A DNA stretch of 64,000 nucleotides, taken from assembly GCA_043228905.1 (NCBI GenBank), contig JBHGNT010000007.1:5456001-5520000 (forward strand), read 5' to 3'. A program made the translations under genes and the position numbers. The first letter of the stretch is position 1. The number at the start of each line of letters is the position of its first letter. The stretch is from Azolla caroliniana (Eukaryota > Plantae > Polypodiophyta). The notes beneath the pieces are model-generated. The model ran no database searches. It saw only the letters and a program-made list of their open reading frames with translations, and had not been told where the DNA came from. Below, piece after piece: positions 1 to 13,000 of the stretch.

Positions 1-1562
1 ATTACGGGTGTATGTGAAGTCTGCCAATTCGGCAAACAACATCGACAACCATTCCCAAAAGAAGAGAATATGAGCAAAGGGATCCTTGATGTCGTACATT
101 CAGATGTATGGGGATGTCGATACTATGTCATGTTTATCGATGACTTCTCGAGGCATGTATGGATTTATCCGATGGGGCAGAAGAGTGAAGTGTTCGGACA
201 CTTCCAAAGGTTTAAAAACAAAGTCGAAAAATCCACAAGTCGGCATGTTTGATGCCTTTGATCGGATGGAGCCAAAGACTATTTCTTGGACAAATTTATG
301 GCGTACCTCCGAAAGGAAGGAATTCGACGAGAATTCTGATGTCGACACACACCTCAGCAAAACGGGGTAGCCAAACGAAAGAATCGGCACATAGTAGAGG
401 TAGCAAGGGCCATGATGAACGAGAAGAACCTGATGAAATCGTACTGGGCAGAAGTGGCTAACACAACTATCTATCTCATGAATAGATGTACAACCTCATG
501 AGAAGTTCATCGGAAAGAAGCCGGATCTATCACATATCTGGATATTTGACTCGGTCAAGTATGTGCATATTCCTGACGAGAAGCGACAAAAGCTCGACCC
601 GAAGTCGGAGAAATGTATCCTCGTAGGGTACTCACTCGAACAAAAGGGGTACAAATGTTACAATCCTTCTACCCGAAAGGTTCGAGTAAGTCGAGACATC
701 GTTTTCGACGAGTTGGCATCCTGGTACGACCAGAAACGACTTAGATTTCGACTCCAGTGGACCCGGAATTGACAGAACGAGAGATAGAAGACGGATTTTG
801 ACTTGGACACATGTTCGAAACAAGTCTGATTACAACAAGGATTAGTGGAACATAGGAGCCCCCGAGTAACCAAAGCATATCTCGGCCGAGTTCGAAACTC
901 GACAAAGGGAAGGCCAAGATGTCAAAATACAAAGATCCAATCAACAACGAGTCAACTCACTCCCTTGACAGTGAGTTCGAAGGCTTGGACATCCCAATCA
1001 TCCGGACGAATGGAACAAAGAAAGCCTTAGGCTTTGTAAACAAGAAGCTCCGTCGCTCCACCTGAGAGAAAAATCCGGTTAGCCAATTCGGCTACGATGA
1101 GTATATGGCATACCACTATGCCTTTATGATGAAGGTCCTGACTGTCTGAGAACTGGAAACCTTTTCTGAGGCAGCCAAGGATCCGCGATGGATCGAAGCA
1201 ATGAATGAGGAGATGCAGGCATTAAGCAAAAATGAGACATGGGATTTTGTCCCCCATTCTACACACAAGAAAGCGATCAGCCATAGATGGATCTATAAGA
1301 TAAAATATAATGCCAATGGCTTGGTAAATCACTACAAGGCATGACTCTTAGCTAAGGGATACGCTCAAACACACAAAGTCGATTACTAGGAGACCTTTGC
1401 CCCGGTGGCAAAGATGACGACTGTTCAGACAATCATTGCTCTCGTGGCTGCAAAAGGGTGGCACCTCCATCAAATGGATGTAAAGATCGCCTTTCTCCAA
1501 GGCGAATTAGCAGAGGAGGTCTTCATGATTCAACCCCCCGATTTCAAATCGCATAACCACCC
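1..1562 (+). pseudogene. Degenerate Ty1/Copia element A, integrase to RT N-terminus (outermost element, left part)
   Basis: Fragments with HSDVWG, FIDDFSR, TPQQNG and KCILVGYS...GYKCYNP, then RT motifs (YKA.L.AKGY, HQMDVK). Many stops and frameshifts. Interrupted at CACCC (1558-1562). Confidence 0.9.
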
Positions 1563-1984
1563 TGTTGAGAGATCAAACTAAACTTAGTTTAGTTAGTTAG
1601 TTAACCATGTAACTTCGTAGTTACCTAGATAGAATCTAGTTAGAAGTGTTGACTATAACGCCTTAAATAGGACCTTGTACTTAAGTGGGATATTCTAGAT
1701 CCTCCACTCCCAAGTACATTTAATATAGGACTTACACCCTTGTACCTATATTCTCCTCACACATGTGCACCCTTGCACATGAGATCTATAAATACCTTAT
1801 TGTGGGTATTTTTGTATTTGATGATGCTTTTTAATATAGTTAATCATCCCCCATCTTGTCTTGTTGTTCATAAGTGTTAACTTCCTCTCACACACATATA
1901 CACACATATAACTTAATCTTTCGCTTAACTTAATCACATAATTAGGTACTAATTAAACCGTAGTTAATTACTTAATTCTTAACA
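1563..1984 (+). repeat. 5' LTR of Copia B
   Basis: TG...CA, matches 56529-56923 with several substitutions and indels. Confidence 0.92.
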
Positions 1985-1996
1985 TGGTATCAGAGC
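1985..1996 (+). promoter_or_regulatory. Primer-binding site (tRNA-iMet) of Copia B
   Basis: TGGTATCAGAGC immediately after the LTR. Confidence 0.95.
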
Positions 1997-2260
1997 GCGT
2001 GGTTTAGAAAATCCACTAATCCACCCAACTCCGTGATTGTGTGTTTGAGATGCCGATGACAAAATCCGGCTATCGCTACCGTAGTGCCGCTACATAGCAC
2101 GTTTACGTGGCCGAAGGAAGAAAAACAAAAACGGTGTTGTGGCGTGGCTTGCCTAGACACATAGCGTTGCGTAGACAGAAGATAACGTGAAAGTGAGGAA
2201 GGAATCACTGGGATTTTGGACGAAAGAGACGAAAGAGTAGAAATAGGTAAATAGTGATCG

Positions 2261-3018
2261 AGCTCTTGGTACTGCAATAGGTTTAAAATTCCAAGGAATA
2301 TGAGGGATAGTAAATATTACCATTGGCGTCACCACCTTTGGATCTACACAACCAATCTACACAACCAATCTCCTCAGCTTTGAATGAGAACGCTTTCCCA
2401 TGCCTAAAGATCATTTCTTTGAAAGTCGTGATCTATGATTGCAGAAGAAATTCACCCCCTCTGATTCTCAAGTTATTTATTGTCTCCAAAGTGAAGTGAT
2501 GTTTGATCTTCTTCTCTATTGGTCGAAGCATAGGCTCGGTTGTTGTTGCATCCATCTTCTCTTCGCTACCAATGGGTAATGGTATTGCAGCAGGTTTGAC
2601 CTTTTTGTCTATTGTTTTGTATTTTGTATTACATAAACTTTCTACTTCTTCATATTTACAATTATACCTATCAATCTCATAATACATATCAATTGAGTTT
2701 ACATGTATCTTTCTAACACTCTCATCATCTTGTTTCAAATACATTTCTAACTCTTCTATAGTATTTGCAAAGAAATTTCTTCCATAACACTTTCAATCTG
2801 CTCTTCCATTTCAAGTACTCCATTATCCTTCAATGCTTGTTGAAACAAATTGGCATTCTTTTTCAAGTTCCTCTTGCATTCATACATCTTGGTCACACAT
2901 ATAGCACCACTTTCAGAAACATGAAATGACTTATTCATATGTTGTAATGCCCTACATGAGGGTATTTTAATAATGGAACTATTGCAACCCTCATTTGCAA
3001 CAGTTCTAGTCAAAAACC
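2261..3018 (-). pseudogene. Gypsy C pol N-terminus, truncated before the RT core
   Basis: TKYKTIDKKVKPAA and PMVIFTIPHIPWNFKPIAVPRA match the F pol. It ends at the deletion junction with the 3' LTR remnant. Confidence 0.85.
2956..3018 (-). promoter_or_regulatory. Homologous predicted -1 frameshift signal of C
   Basis: G_GTT_TTT, 5-nt spacer, stem GAACTGTTGCAA/TTGCAATAGTTC, and loop ATGAGGG pairing with downstream CCCTCAT. Confidence 0.8.
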
Positions 3019-5137
3019 TGATGATCAAAATCATCACATTCTTTTGGTATCGAATGATCACGAAGTTCTTGTTTGTTCCTCTCACGATTTGGGTGAACTG
3101 TCATAAAGTGTACAGTTCTTCGTCCATCTTGGCTTCGAATCTTCGCATAGGCAAAACCATTGTCAAGGACTTTGGTCTCCATCCATACCGTTGTGATGTA
3201 TGGTTGCCCCAAGATTATTGGATAGGTAGATCCTTCCTACACAAAGAAATGTTGATCTACCTCTATATCACCAATAGTAACCTTTACATTTGGGCATGCA
3301 CCAAATAAATCTTCGGTGACTGATGTGGTTGCTTTTACGCGCCAACCATCTTGAGTATCAATTGGCCATCTACCTTTCCTATAAAAATCAGCACTCATTA
3401 TATTTATTTCAGAACCATGATCAATAAGTGCCATCACCATGTCGTGAACATTTCCAATCTTCACATGATGCTCAGTAGTGGCTCTTGCCCAACATTTGCG
3501 AGAGTAGTGGCTTCTTGTCTCTGTTGAACTTATCATTGAGGTTGATACATGTTGAGAGTCAACAATGATATTGTTCGACTCGATGCTTACCATTTCATAT
3601 GCCACCTTTGGATTTGTTTCTTTAACCTGCTCATTTACTTTCTTATTTCTTCGCACAATATCAATTATTTCATCATGAAATTCCTTTTTTGCAATACCTA
3701 ACACTTCTCTTAGTGTAAATTCTACTCGACTGTCTAGTATTCTTGTTTCTAAAATTTTCTTTAAATCTGTATCCTTTTTCAACTTTTGCGTCCATCTCTT
3801 TTCTTTTTCTTTCCCTTGTTTCATGCTTTTTTGTTGAGCCAATCTCATCATCCGACCTTTTCCTTTTTTCTTCCACTATCACCTCATGCTCTTGGTGTTC
3901 TGCCATCTGAGCATAGACTGTCATAACATCTACTAGAACATCCCATCCAGTGTTTTTCCTTACAGAATCTCCAGCAACACGAAGGTCTTCCATCTTCAGC
4001 TTTTGCTTTTGTGCCGAACTTACAACCTTCTCCCAGAATGATGATCGATATGGCATGTCATCAAGACGCATTCCTGTCGTTGCCGAGTAGTACATTGCAG
4101 AAGCCTTCTCTGCTTCAGCTTCTTCAAACTTAACCTTAACACCACCATCACCAAAGTTCTTTGTAAGTGGACTTCTAGTTTTAGTTAAGTAAATGTTACC
4201 ATTTTTCCAATAGACCAAGTCTCGATTTTCCATGTCTTTATATTCCGCACAATCACGTAATCGACGTTCGAGACTATCACACCACATGCATCGAGGTCGA
4301 AATGGTTCCCTTGACCTCGAAGTCTGACCATTCTCAAGCTTTACCACTTTAATTGTTAGATCTTTCATACTTTGAACTAAATCATCAAGCAAAGACTCAC
4401 TCTTAGTTTCGATCATTTCTCGTGGTTGATGGACCATTTCGTGTGATGGTTCTCGACCAAGTCTTTGAACTTCGATGTTTTGCTCAAGCCGATTTGTGAT
4501 TCCCACATGTGGTATTTGTAGCATTGCACCATTCCTTTGCATTCTTTTCATAAATTTATTACAAGCATTTGTTACCTCATTCCAATCTGCAGTTATACCA
4601 TCCTCGGTATTTGGTAGTTCATGCATAAACTCCAATTCTTTTCTATATCTCTTTGTCAACTACCTGCAAAAATAAAGCAACCTTTTGCCAAGACAAAGAA
4701 TTTCTTTCTTCTGGCTTTAAGTGTCCATACAATCTATCAAACTCTTTTTTCGTGTCAATCACAGATAATCCTTTATTTTGTTTTAAGACCCATTCATGGA
4801 ATGAACGCATAGTAATGCAAGAGAAATCCTCACGAGTATATTCAGACACAAGTGCTTCTTTGAATGCATTCCAATCCAGACTATGCAATGTTTGTATTTC
4901 ATGAATTCTATCTCTTAATTCCATGTCCACTAATTTATAAAAGTTTGCTATCATATTGACATCATTCATACCAGACATTTCCATTTCATCATAATATATA
5001 TTCACATACTTCGAAATATTTGTGGCATCAAACATACCAATCTTCTCTCGGACTTCTCGTAAGGCATGAAATAATCGATCTCGATCCAACTTTTCAATAA
5101 ACAACCTTACCGGATCCATTGTACTCATACTTGCCAT
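3006..5137 (-). pseudogene. Gypsy C gag-protease, frameshifted
   Basis: ORF pieces 4643-5137, 3673-4659, 3237-3851 and 3006-3212 align with the F gag-PR (RCMWCDS, ILDSRVEFTLRE, ALIDHGSEINIM, METKVLD). Confidence 0.88.
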
Positions 5138-6996
5138 GTTGATCTTGATCTTTACTTTAGTTGTCTTTTATACTTCCCCGTTTCATGTCGGGTTCACCAA
5201 ATTGTGGCGTGGCGTGGCTCGCCTAGAAGCGTAGTATTGCGTAGACAGAAGATAACATGAAAGTGAGGAAGGAATCACTGGGATTTTGGACGGAAGAGAC
5301 GAAAGAGTAGAAATAGATAAATAGTGATCAACAAGATATGACAAGATAGGCTATAGAATGATAATTGAAGCAATAAAAGAGATTTATAATTATTTGATGA
5401 AAGAGTTACAAAATAGTTGTAATTGTTATTGAATTCGAACTTTGTCTCACAAGGTAGACCACAATCTTCGCTTCTATCGCTCTTCTCTTTCTTGATAGTA
5501 GACCGCAATCTTCTCTTCTATCTTTCAATGAGATAAGACTCGAACCTCGACACCCTTTTTGTTGAGAGTTGAGCACCACAACCGCCAACTTAGAGCTTAG
5601 CTTCTCTTGTATATTGACCTTCTTTTCTTCTTTCTCTATTGTGATATCTCTTACAACATAACTCTATTTGATTCTATTGATATATACAATATAGTTCAAG
5701 TTTGATATTAATTGATTCCTTGATATCCTTGTGACTATATGTACTCCCTTCTCCTTTTATAGGAAGGGGATGGTTTTGCATGTGGGCCATATGTCACAAA
5801 TGCAAAGAGGGGCTCTTGCATGTGTGCTATATGGTGCACATGTAGTACTTTCTAGATATGCAGAATATGCAGAAGGAGCTAGTTTTTCCCGCTAGTGCTA
5901 GGCAAGACTCCTAGCAAATTAGGGGATAACAAATAGAAAAAAGGCCTTTCCACATCAGCTTTTCTTTCATCAGAATAAAAAAAAGTTGTATCTGACGCAC
6001 GGACGTACGTTTCCTGACTGAACCCACGATTAGATTCATAAACGAAAATGTTTGGGAGAATATAATGAGTCCAGCCTATATTTCTTTTCAGATGTTTCTG
6101 TATCATCCTTTCCTACTACTTTCACTTTACCTATACGCCGTTTTTATTATCCCTCCACAAAGTAGTAGTATCTCTAGAAAAAGATTGTGGTCTTTACTCA
6201 AATCTGGAATCGATGGCGTGATGGACCTATTCGAGAAGCAATGAAAAAAAAAGAATAACTAAAAAATTTTGAAATTGAAGGGTTTTTGGGAAATTAGCTT
6301 TATATGCGAATGAATTTTGAATCTGCTCCCTCTACGCAATCCGCGTCGTTCGGTGAGGAGGGATAGTACCGTCATCCTGGAAATCCTAGTTTTACTAGCA
6401 ATGCCGATTTTTATGCATTGCCTGAATAAGGGAAGTTCGATCGGAGAAGGTTCGGTATTAGCAAAAACAATGAATAGGAGTGTCGAAGTAAGAAAAGAAC
6501 AGGTGGAAAATTCCAGTGCTACTTCAAATAAAACAACACATTTTCTTTTACACATGGCTAAATGGTAGGCTTTGAGGTTCATAATGTTGAGGTTGTTGGA
6601 TCAAGTCTTCTCTCACCCATGTAATACAATATATGGGGCACATGTAGTACATCATATGGGTTAGGATTTAAACCATACAATATTACTTCAAATAAAACAA
6701 GACATATGATTTATACATACTACAATTATAGGTTAAATGGTAAGGTTTTAGAGTCATAAGGTGGGGGTTATTGGTTCAAGTCCTCTCTTGTCCATGTAAT
6801 ATAATATATATATATTTTATTTGCCTCTACATATAATGTATAATATTATCATAGTGTGTTTTTCAATATTACCTTTATAAAACATTATCAAAATATATTT
6901 TATTTTAATTACGTATTTATCTTTTTGTAGACTTTTAATGTGAAGCTTTCGTACTTCACGACAATGAAAGACACTACAATCAACATGAATGCACAA

Positions 6997-7901
6997 ATGG
7001 GTAGCTCGCTCCCTAGTGAAAAGCTGGACCGGATCAATTATTCATCTTGGGAGTACAAGATGAACCAATACCTTGTCAGCCAAGGATATTGGAGCTACAT
7101 CAACGACACACAAGAAAATCGACCCGACCCAAAGAACGCTGACTACTCAACATGAGAGCAAGCGGTGAGTCGAGTCATGTATTGCTTGGCAACATGTGTC
7201 CACAACCACATGCTTAGCCACATTCGAGACACCAAGACGCCTAAAGAGGCATGGGAGAACTTGAAGAAGATGTTCGTCAGAAAGATATATCTATGTTGGA
7301 CTACACCGCCAAGATCAAGAGCATTTGTGACTCGCTTCGCTCCATCAACATAAACTCAACGAAGACGAGATGGTTCAAGTATGCTTGGGCGGCCTTGCAC
7401 AACGTTTTGACTCAATGAGGACGACAATTTTAGCGAGGGAAACCCCTCATTTGTTCTTCGACCTCTAGTCAATGTTATTGGTCGAAGAGAACCACATCCA
7501 AACAAAGACCAAGACGTCGGAAGGAAAAATGTTCTTCTCGAATTCAGACGATGGCCAAGGACAAGGTTGAGACGGTAGAAGAGGTCGATTCGACCCATCT
7601 CACGAAGGGAACTCAAACCTTCGACAACAAGACAGAAGCCATTGAGGAACCTTCGGAAGAAGGGGGAGGTTCCATGCCAAACAAGGTCAACAAACGTGAC
7701 CCGCAACTTGCAATTATTGCGGCAAAATCAACCACCGTGAAGAGGAGTGTCGGAAAAAGAGAACTGAGTTGGCTTCGATAAGTCGACAACTCACAAACTA
7801 CGCCACCAACTTTGAATACAACGACTACGGTCGACTATTCGTGATGAGACATAGAACAAACTCTACGACGGTTTCCGACTCCACGAGCACCTCCAACTCG
7901 G
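6997..7901 (+). pseudogene. Copia B gag, degenerate
   Basis: MGSSLPSEKLDRINYSSWEYKMNQYL..., homologous to the gag of Copia G. Contains stops and frameshifts and is cut by solo LTR H at TCGG. Confidence 0.85.
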
Positions 7902-9170
7902 TGTTGTGAAAATCCGTCACTATGTGCGGATTGTGAGGCGGAACCATCGGGGTTATGGACGGGAAGGAAATAGGGCTTACATGCACAACACAAGGAAGGC
8001 TTACACAAACAAGGCACGAGTATTCGAACGTGTTTGTGAAAAGGAGAGGTGCATGGGCAAGCCCGAATTAACCCCTACTCACAAGGCGAATGAAGGCACG
8101 TCAAGAAGGCTTACACACGGACACACAAGGAAAAGGCTTACTTACACACACGAGAGATAGAGTTTCAAATGCCATTGTGAAAAGAGAGGTGCATGGACAA
8201 AGCCCGAATGCTCCCTTGCTACAAAACACACAAACACACAAGCAAGGTTTATACACGGGAGACACAATTTCGAGCGCCTTTGTGAAAGGAGAGGTGCATG
8301 GGCAAGCCCGAACGCTCCCTTGCCACAAGTCGCACGAACACACAAGCAAGGTTTACACACGGTGTCGTGAAGAATTTCGGCCAGAGGCGGAAACCGGGAA
8401 ACATTGTCTACATCGGCGGGGTGCAGCGTGTGTACGCACCCATGTACATTTAGTGTGAATATCGAGGACGCCTTTATGGCGCCGAAGAGTAGTCGAGTCG
8501 GGACAGACGGTCCCATGTAAGTCAGGGGTTTATCCCACATTGTAACGCATCCCTGTCCTTGTTCTATAAACGGAAGGGAACGCCCTTTGTGAAAGGGGTT
8601 GCCCATTTTGCATTAGAGGGTATACCGTTAGGTTTAGAGTTAGGTTTCTTCTCCTTCTTCTCCCCCTTCGTGTTTTGCTTAGGGTTTGCTTTGGTTCGGC
8701 CTCCTGTGCAAGACCCCGCTCGACGCGACGAGCTAAGAGCTCCCCAACGACGGCTTGGCAGCAGACGACTACTGTAACCTACCTCAGTCCGGCTCGAAGC
8801 CGGGAATGTATTCTTCTTGTATATATATATATATATACGTTTGCGTCTGTCTGTGTATATTAGCGTCTTTGTTGGTGTCGGGTGCCTCCCCTTTCCTGCG
8901 TTTCCTGTACATGAGGGCGTGAGCTATGTGTGTGTGCGTGTGTGTGCGTGCGTGCGCGTGAGTCGGTGTCAAACGCGCGCTCCCTCTCTTTCTCTCTCTC
9001 CCTTCGGATGCTTCCGGCGTGCCTCTGGGATGCCCCGGAAACGGTGAAGTGCGACTTCCTACGCTCTGTCACTCCCTAGTCCAAGACCCACGTGGTCCCG
9101 CCTTTCTCCACGCACGCGCGTAACAACGCGACATCTTTGGTGAACCCGACGTGAAAGGCGGCAAGGGAGG

Positions 9171-10077
9171 ATGGAGTCGGAAGATGACGACCTTGCGGAG
9201 ATGGTGGCCGAAGTGGTGTTGGAGTCGGCACGAGTGGTGATGAGGCGAGAAGTAGCGCAACAAGCAGTTGAGCGAGTGGTCGAAAGAGTCGGCCGTTTCA
9301 ACGGGGACAAAGTTCCATCTTACATGGAAGCCTACAACACGGAGATGGAGGAGCGTGGCGTAGACGAGGCGTTGAGGCTACAGTTTTTCTGTCGGGTCGT
9401 GGCTGTCCGGATGCATGCGGAAGTAAAGGAGCTCCGTGAGGCTCATAGTTCATGGGAAGCCTTCGAAGAGGCGCTCCTGAAGGTATACGAAGGACGGCGG
9501 AAGAGCCGGGGACGACACGACTTTGACCAGTGGGTAGCATCGGCAAAGACCCACCTGGGCGCTGCCAAGGCGTTTCGAGAGTTCGAGCGGTGGCTTGCTC
9601 GGCTCCCGGAGCGGGAACAAGGTTTGGTGGGGGCGGACAAGGTCCTATTGTTCGTCAGGTCGATCAACCGAGCGGAACGGGAGGCCATCGGGATTGAGCT
9701 CGAAGACGATGACGGAGCGAATGGGCTTACGGAGGACTGGTCGAAGGTCGGAAGGGTGTGCCAACGGCTAGACAACGAGCGAGCCGAGAAGGCTAAGAGG
9801 AAGGTACGCGACGCGTGCCATCACAACGGGAAGAGGCCGAACGGCAAAGAGAGTCGGCAAGGGTCGGCGTTGGGGCCAGGATTGCGGAGGCGTACGCAGC
9901 TCTCGAGGCGATGCTCGAGGAAGAGGAAAGACGGAGGCCGCAAGCCGAGACTAAGGAGACGAACTTGCCCCACGCGACGGCGGAAGATCAATACCACGGT
10001 ACCACGGGAGAGGGTGCGGAACGAAACGCCCTCTCGACTTGCGGAGATAGAACGGCCAAGGACAAGGCCGAGATATT
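9171..10077 (+). CDS. Gag-like ORF of element D (region interrupted by Copia I)
   Basis: VERVGRFNGDKV, DKVLLFVRSI and GLTEDWSKV align with the F gag (VERLVQRNGQFNGKDV, DKVIMFLRAV, GLTETWESV). Confidence 0.75.
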
Positions 10078-13000
10078 TGTTGAAGACAAGGCCGTCAATG
10101 CGGAAGATCAAGTAGCATTCGATTGGGGTTGAGTACCTGCGTATGACAGTTTCCAAGATCGTGCACAGAGATAGAGAGAGAGAGAGAGAGGAGGCACAAA
10201 AGACTCTTTCTATTCAATAGAAACAATAATACAACCAACCTTACAAAAAGGTTACTAGGTCACTTTATATAGTGACAAACTTAGGGCAACTACCATTTAT
10301 GCTAATTACACAAATGGCCCAAACTTGAGCTATACAAAGGGATAGTGTGAATACGTCCATTATACACTTGTATTCGACACTCCCCCGTAATGGGCGTATA
10401 CATGGGTTATCTAAGATTACAGGTATAAACCTAGGTTCTCGGACATATCAGTTGTGGATATTTTCTCTAGACCGATTTTCCCTGAAATGACGCAGTCCCG
10501 AACGAAGTGATATCGAACGTCGATATGTTTGGAGGCGTTGTGGTGAACCGGATTTTTCAACAAGGCAACAACACCTTGACTGTCGCTATAGACAACTGGG
10601 GCCGAGTCATGGTCGACTTGTCGAAACGTGTGCGCCAGCCGGCCGAGCCACAAAGCTTCTTTTGGAGCGTCGGACGCAGCTACATATTCTGCTTCGGTCG
10701 TTGAGGTCGCTGTGCACTCCTGAAGTTTCGACTTCCACGAAATTGCTCCATTGCCGAATTTGAAGCAGTATCCAGTTGTTGATTTCCGACTGTCTATACA
10801 GCCGGCGAAGTCCGAGTCGGTGTAACCGACTACGCCTAAGGTTGAGTTCGGACCGAAAAGAATGCCGTGGTCTTTTGTGCCAGCCAGATATTTGAACACA
10901 TGCTTGACTGCGTTCCAATGCGATCGGCCAGGATTGTGCATAAATCTGCTAACGACTCCTACGGCGTGAGAAATATCAGGCCGTGTCGCGACCATCAGGT
11001 ACATAAGGGAGCCGACTGCCGGTGCATACGGTACCGACTTCATATCTTCCCCCTCCGGACCGGATGTCCGGCAGTCTCGCTGAGAGAGCCGAAGATTCAT
11101 GGGGAGCGGGGTTGAAGCAGATTTGGCTGATTGCATGTTGAAGCGTTCCAAGACACGTCCGATATAGTCAGTCTGAGACAAAAAAAGATGTCGTTTATCG
11201 CGATGCCGACTAATCTTCATGCCAAGTATGTGTCGTGCCGGACAGAGGTCCTTCATGGCAAACTTCAACCGCAACTGCCGAATGAGATCGGCAAGTTCGC
11301 CCGCGTGGCGTCCAGAAATTAGCATGTCGTCCACGTAAATGATGAGGAAGATGGGTGATCCATCGTGAGCTGTGTTGGTAAAAAGACAATGGTCCTCATC
11401 GCTTTTTGAGAAGCCGATCGATTGGATGAAGTCGTCGAACTTCTTGTACCATTGTCGCGGTGCCTGTTTGAGGCCGTATAGACTCTTCCTGAGTCGGCAG
11501 ACTAGATGTTCTTGGCCAGTTGCCACGAAGCCTTTTGGCTGCTCCATATAAATTTCCTGTTCAAGATCACCATGGAGGAAGGTTGTTTTGACATCTAGCT
11601 GAATCAGCTCCAAGTTGTCGGCTGCCACTACGCCGAGTAGAAAACGAAGGGTTGTCATTTTCACCACTGGTGAAAAAATCTCGTCGAAGTCGACGCCATA
11701 TTCTTGTCGGAAGCCCTTCGCAACTAATCTGGCCTTGTACTTTGGGGTGGTCGAATCAGACGTCTCTTTTAGTCGATAAACCCACTTGCAAGGAAGAGCA
11801 CGTCGATTCTTAGGTAATTCGACCAGATCCCAAGTCTTGTTTGCCCGAATGGAGTGCATTTCCGACTCCATCGCCAGATGCCAGGTGGCTGAATCGACAG
11901 ATGTCGATGCTTCTTCGTAAGACGTCGGTTCGCCGGCGTCGGTGAAGAAAATTCCAGGAGAATACCTCTCCGGAGGTTGCGACAGTCTCTCGGATCGTCG
12001 AGGTATAATTGGACTGGTCGTATCGGGTATCGAGGTCGGATGGTCCGAAAGCGGATTATTCTGCTGTGCCGAGTCAGAGTTGTCCGAGTCGGTAGTGTAA
12101 GGTTCAACTACCCGTGAAGCTGACCGTGTGTTGAGAGCGGGGCCTTCTTGAAGGGTCGGCACATCGGAAAATGTTACCCTTCGGACTTCGATCGGTGGTT
12201 TGACTGATGGATTCATAGCCGACTCGTTGAACACAACGTCCGAACTTCGAACGATTTGTCTGCGTTCGGGGTCCCAGAGTCGGTATCCCATTTCGCCGTC
12301 TGATCCATATCCAAGGAAAATGCATTTCCTGGACCGAGGTGCAAGTTTTCGGCGATCATCTTTCGGAATAAGGGCGTACGCCTCGCATCCGAAGATCCTC
12401 AGCTTGTCGTAATTCGGCTTACTGCCGATCCATAGTTCCTGAGGAATTTGAAGTCCTAGAGGTCTGCTTGGCGACATATTGATTATGTGTACTGCCGTGA
12501 GTAGAGCCTCTGCCCAGAAGCCATCCGACAGTCCAGAGTGTTGGAGCATGGAAACTATCCGTTCTTGGATTGTCCGATTCATGCGTTCTGCAATCCCGTT
12601 TTGCTCCGGACTGTGTGGTGCCGTAAATTCACGTCGGATGCCGCGTTGTCGGCAGAATTTGACGAATTCTTCTGATTTGAACTCTCCCCCATTGTCGGTC
12701 CGAAAGCATTTCAGTTTTCGGTCAGTTTGATTTTCTACCATAGCGAGCCAATCGGAGAAGATCGAGAAGACACGATCTTTGGTGCGAATTGGATAAGCCC
12801 ACACCTTTCGAGTCGAATCGTCAATAAAGGTGACGAAGTAAGAGGCACCACCGAGAGACTGATGCGGCATTGGGCCACAGACGTCCGAGTGGACTAAATC
12901 GAGAGGTCTCGTTTCTCTTGGTGCTGATGTCGGGTGTGATGCGGCTGCTTGTTTGCCATACTGGCAATGTTCGCAGAATTGATGGTCCGAGAAGGAGAGT

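Larger units (their letters stand above)
2135..6963 (-). mobile_element. Ty3/Gypsy element C (tRNA-Trp-primed group), internally deleted
   Basis: 5' LTR about 5205-6963, ending TTCACGACA. 3' LTR remnant 2135-2260 matches 5205-5330. The PBS reads TGGTGAACCCGACATG on the minus strand (about 5184-5199). Decayed TSD ACGG/ATGA. The right boundary is less certain. Confidence 0.78.

Noticed and set aside
7902-8362. Hammerhead ribozyme (retrozyme) in the LTR repeats
   Set aside because: I could not find a CTGANGA...GAAA core in a suitable arrangement on either strand by eye.
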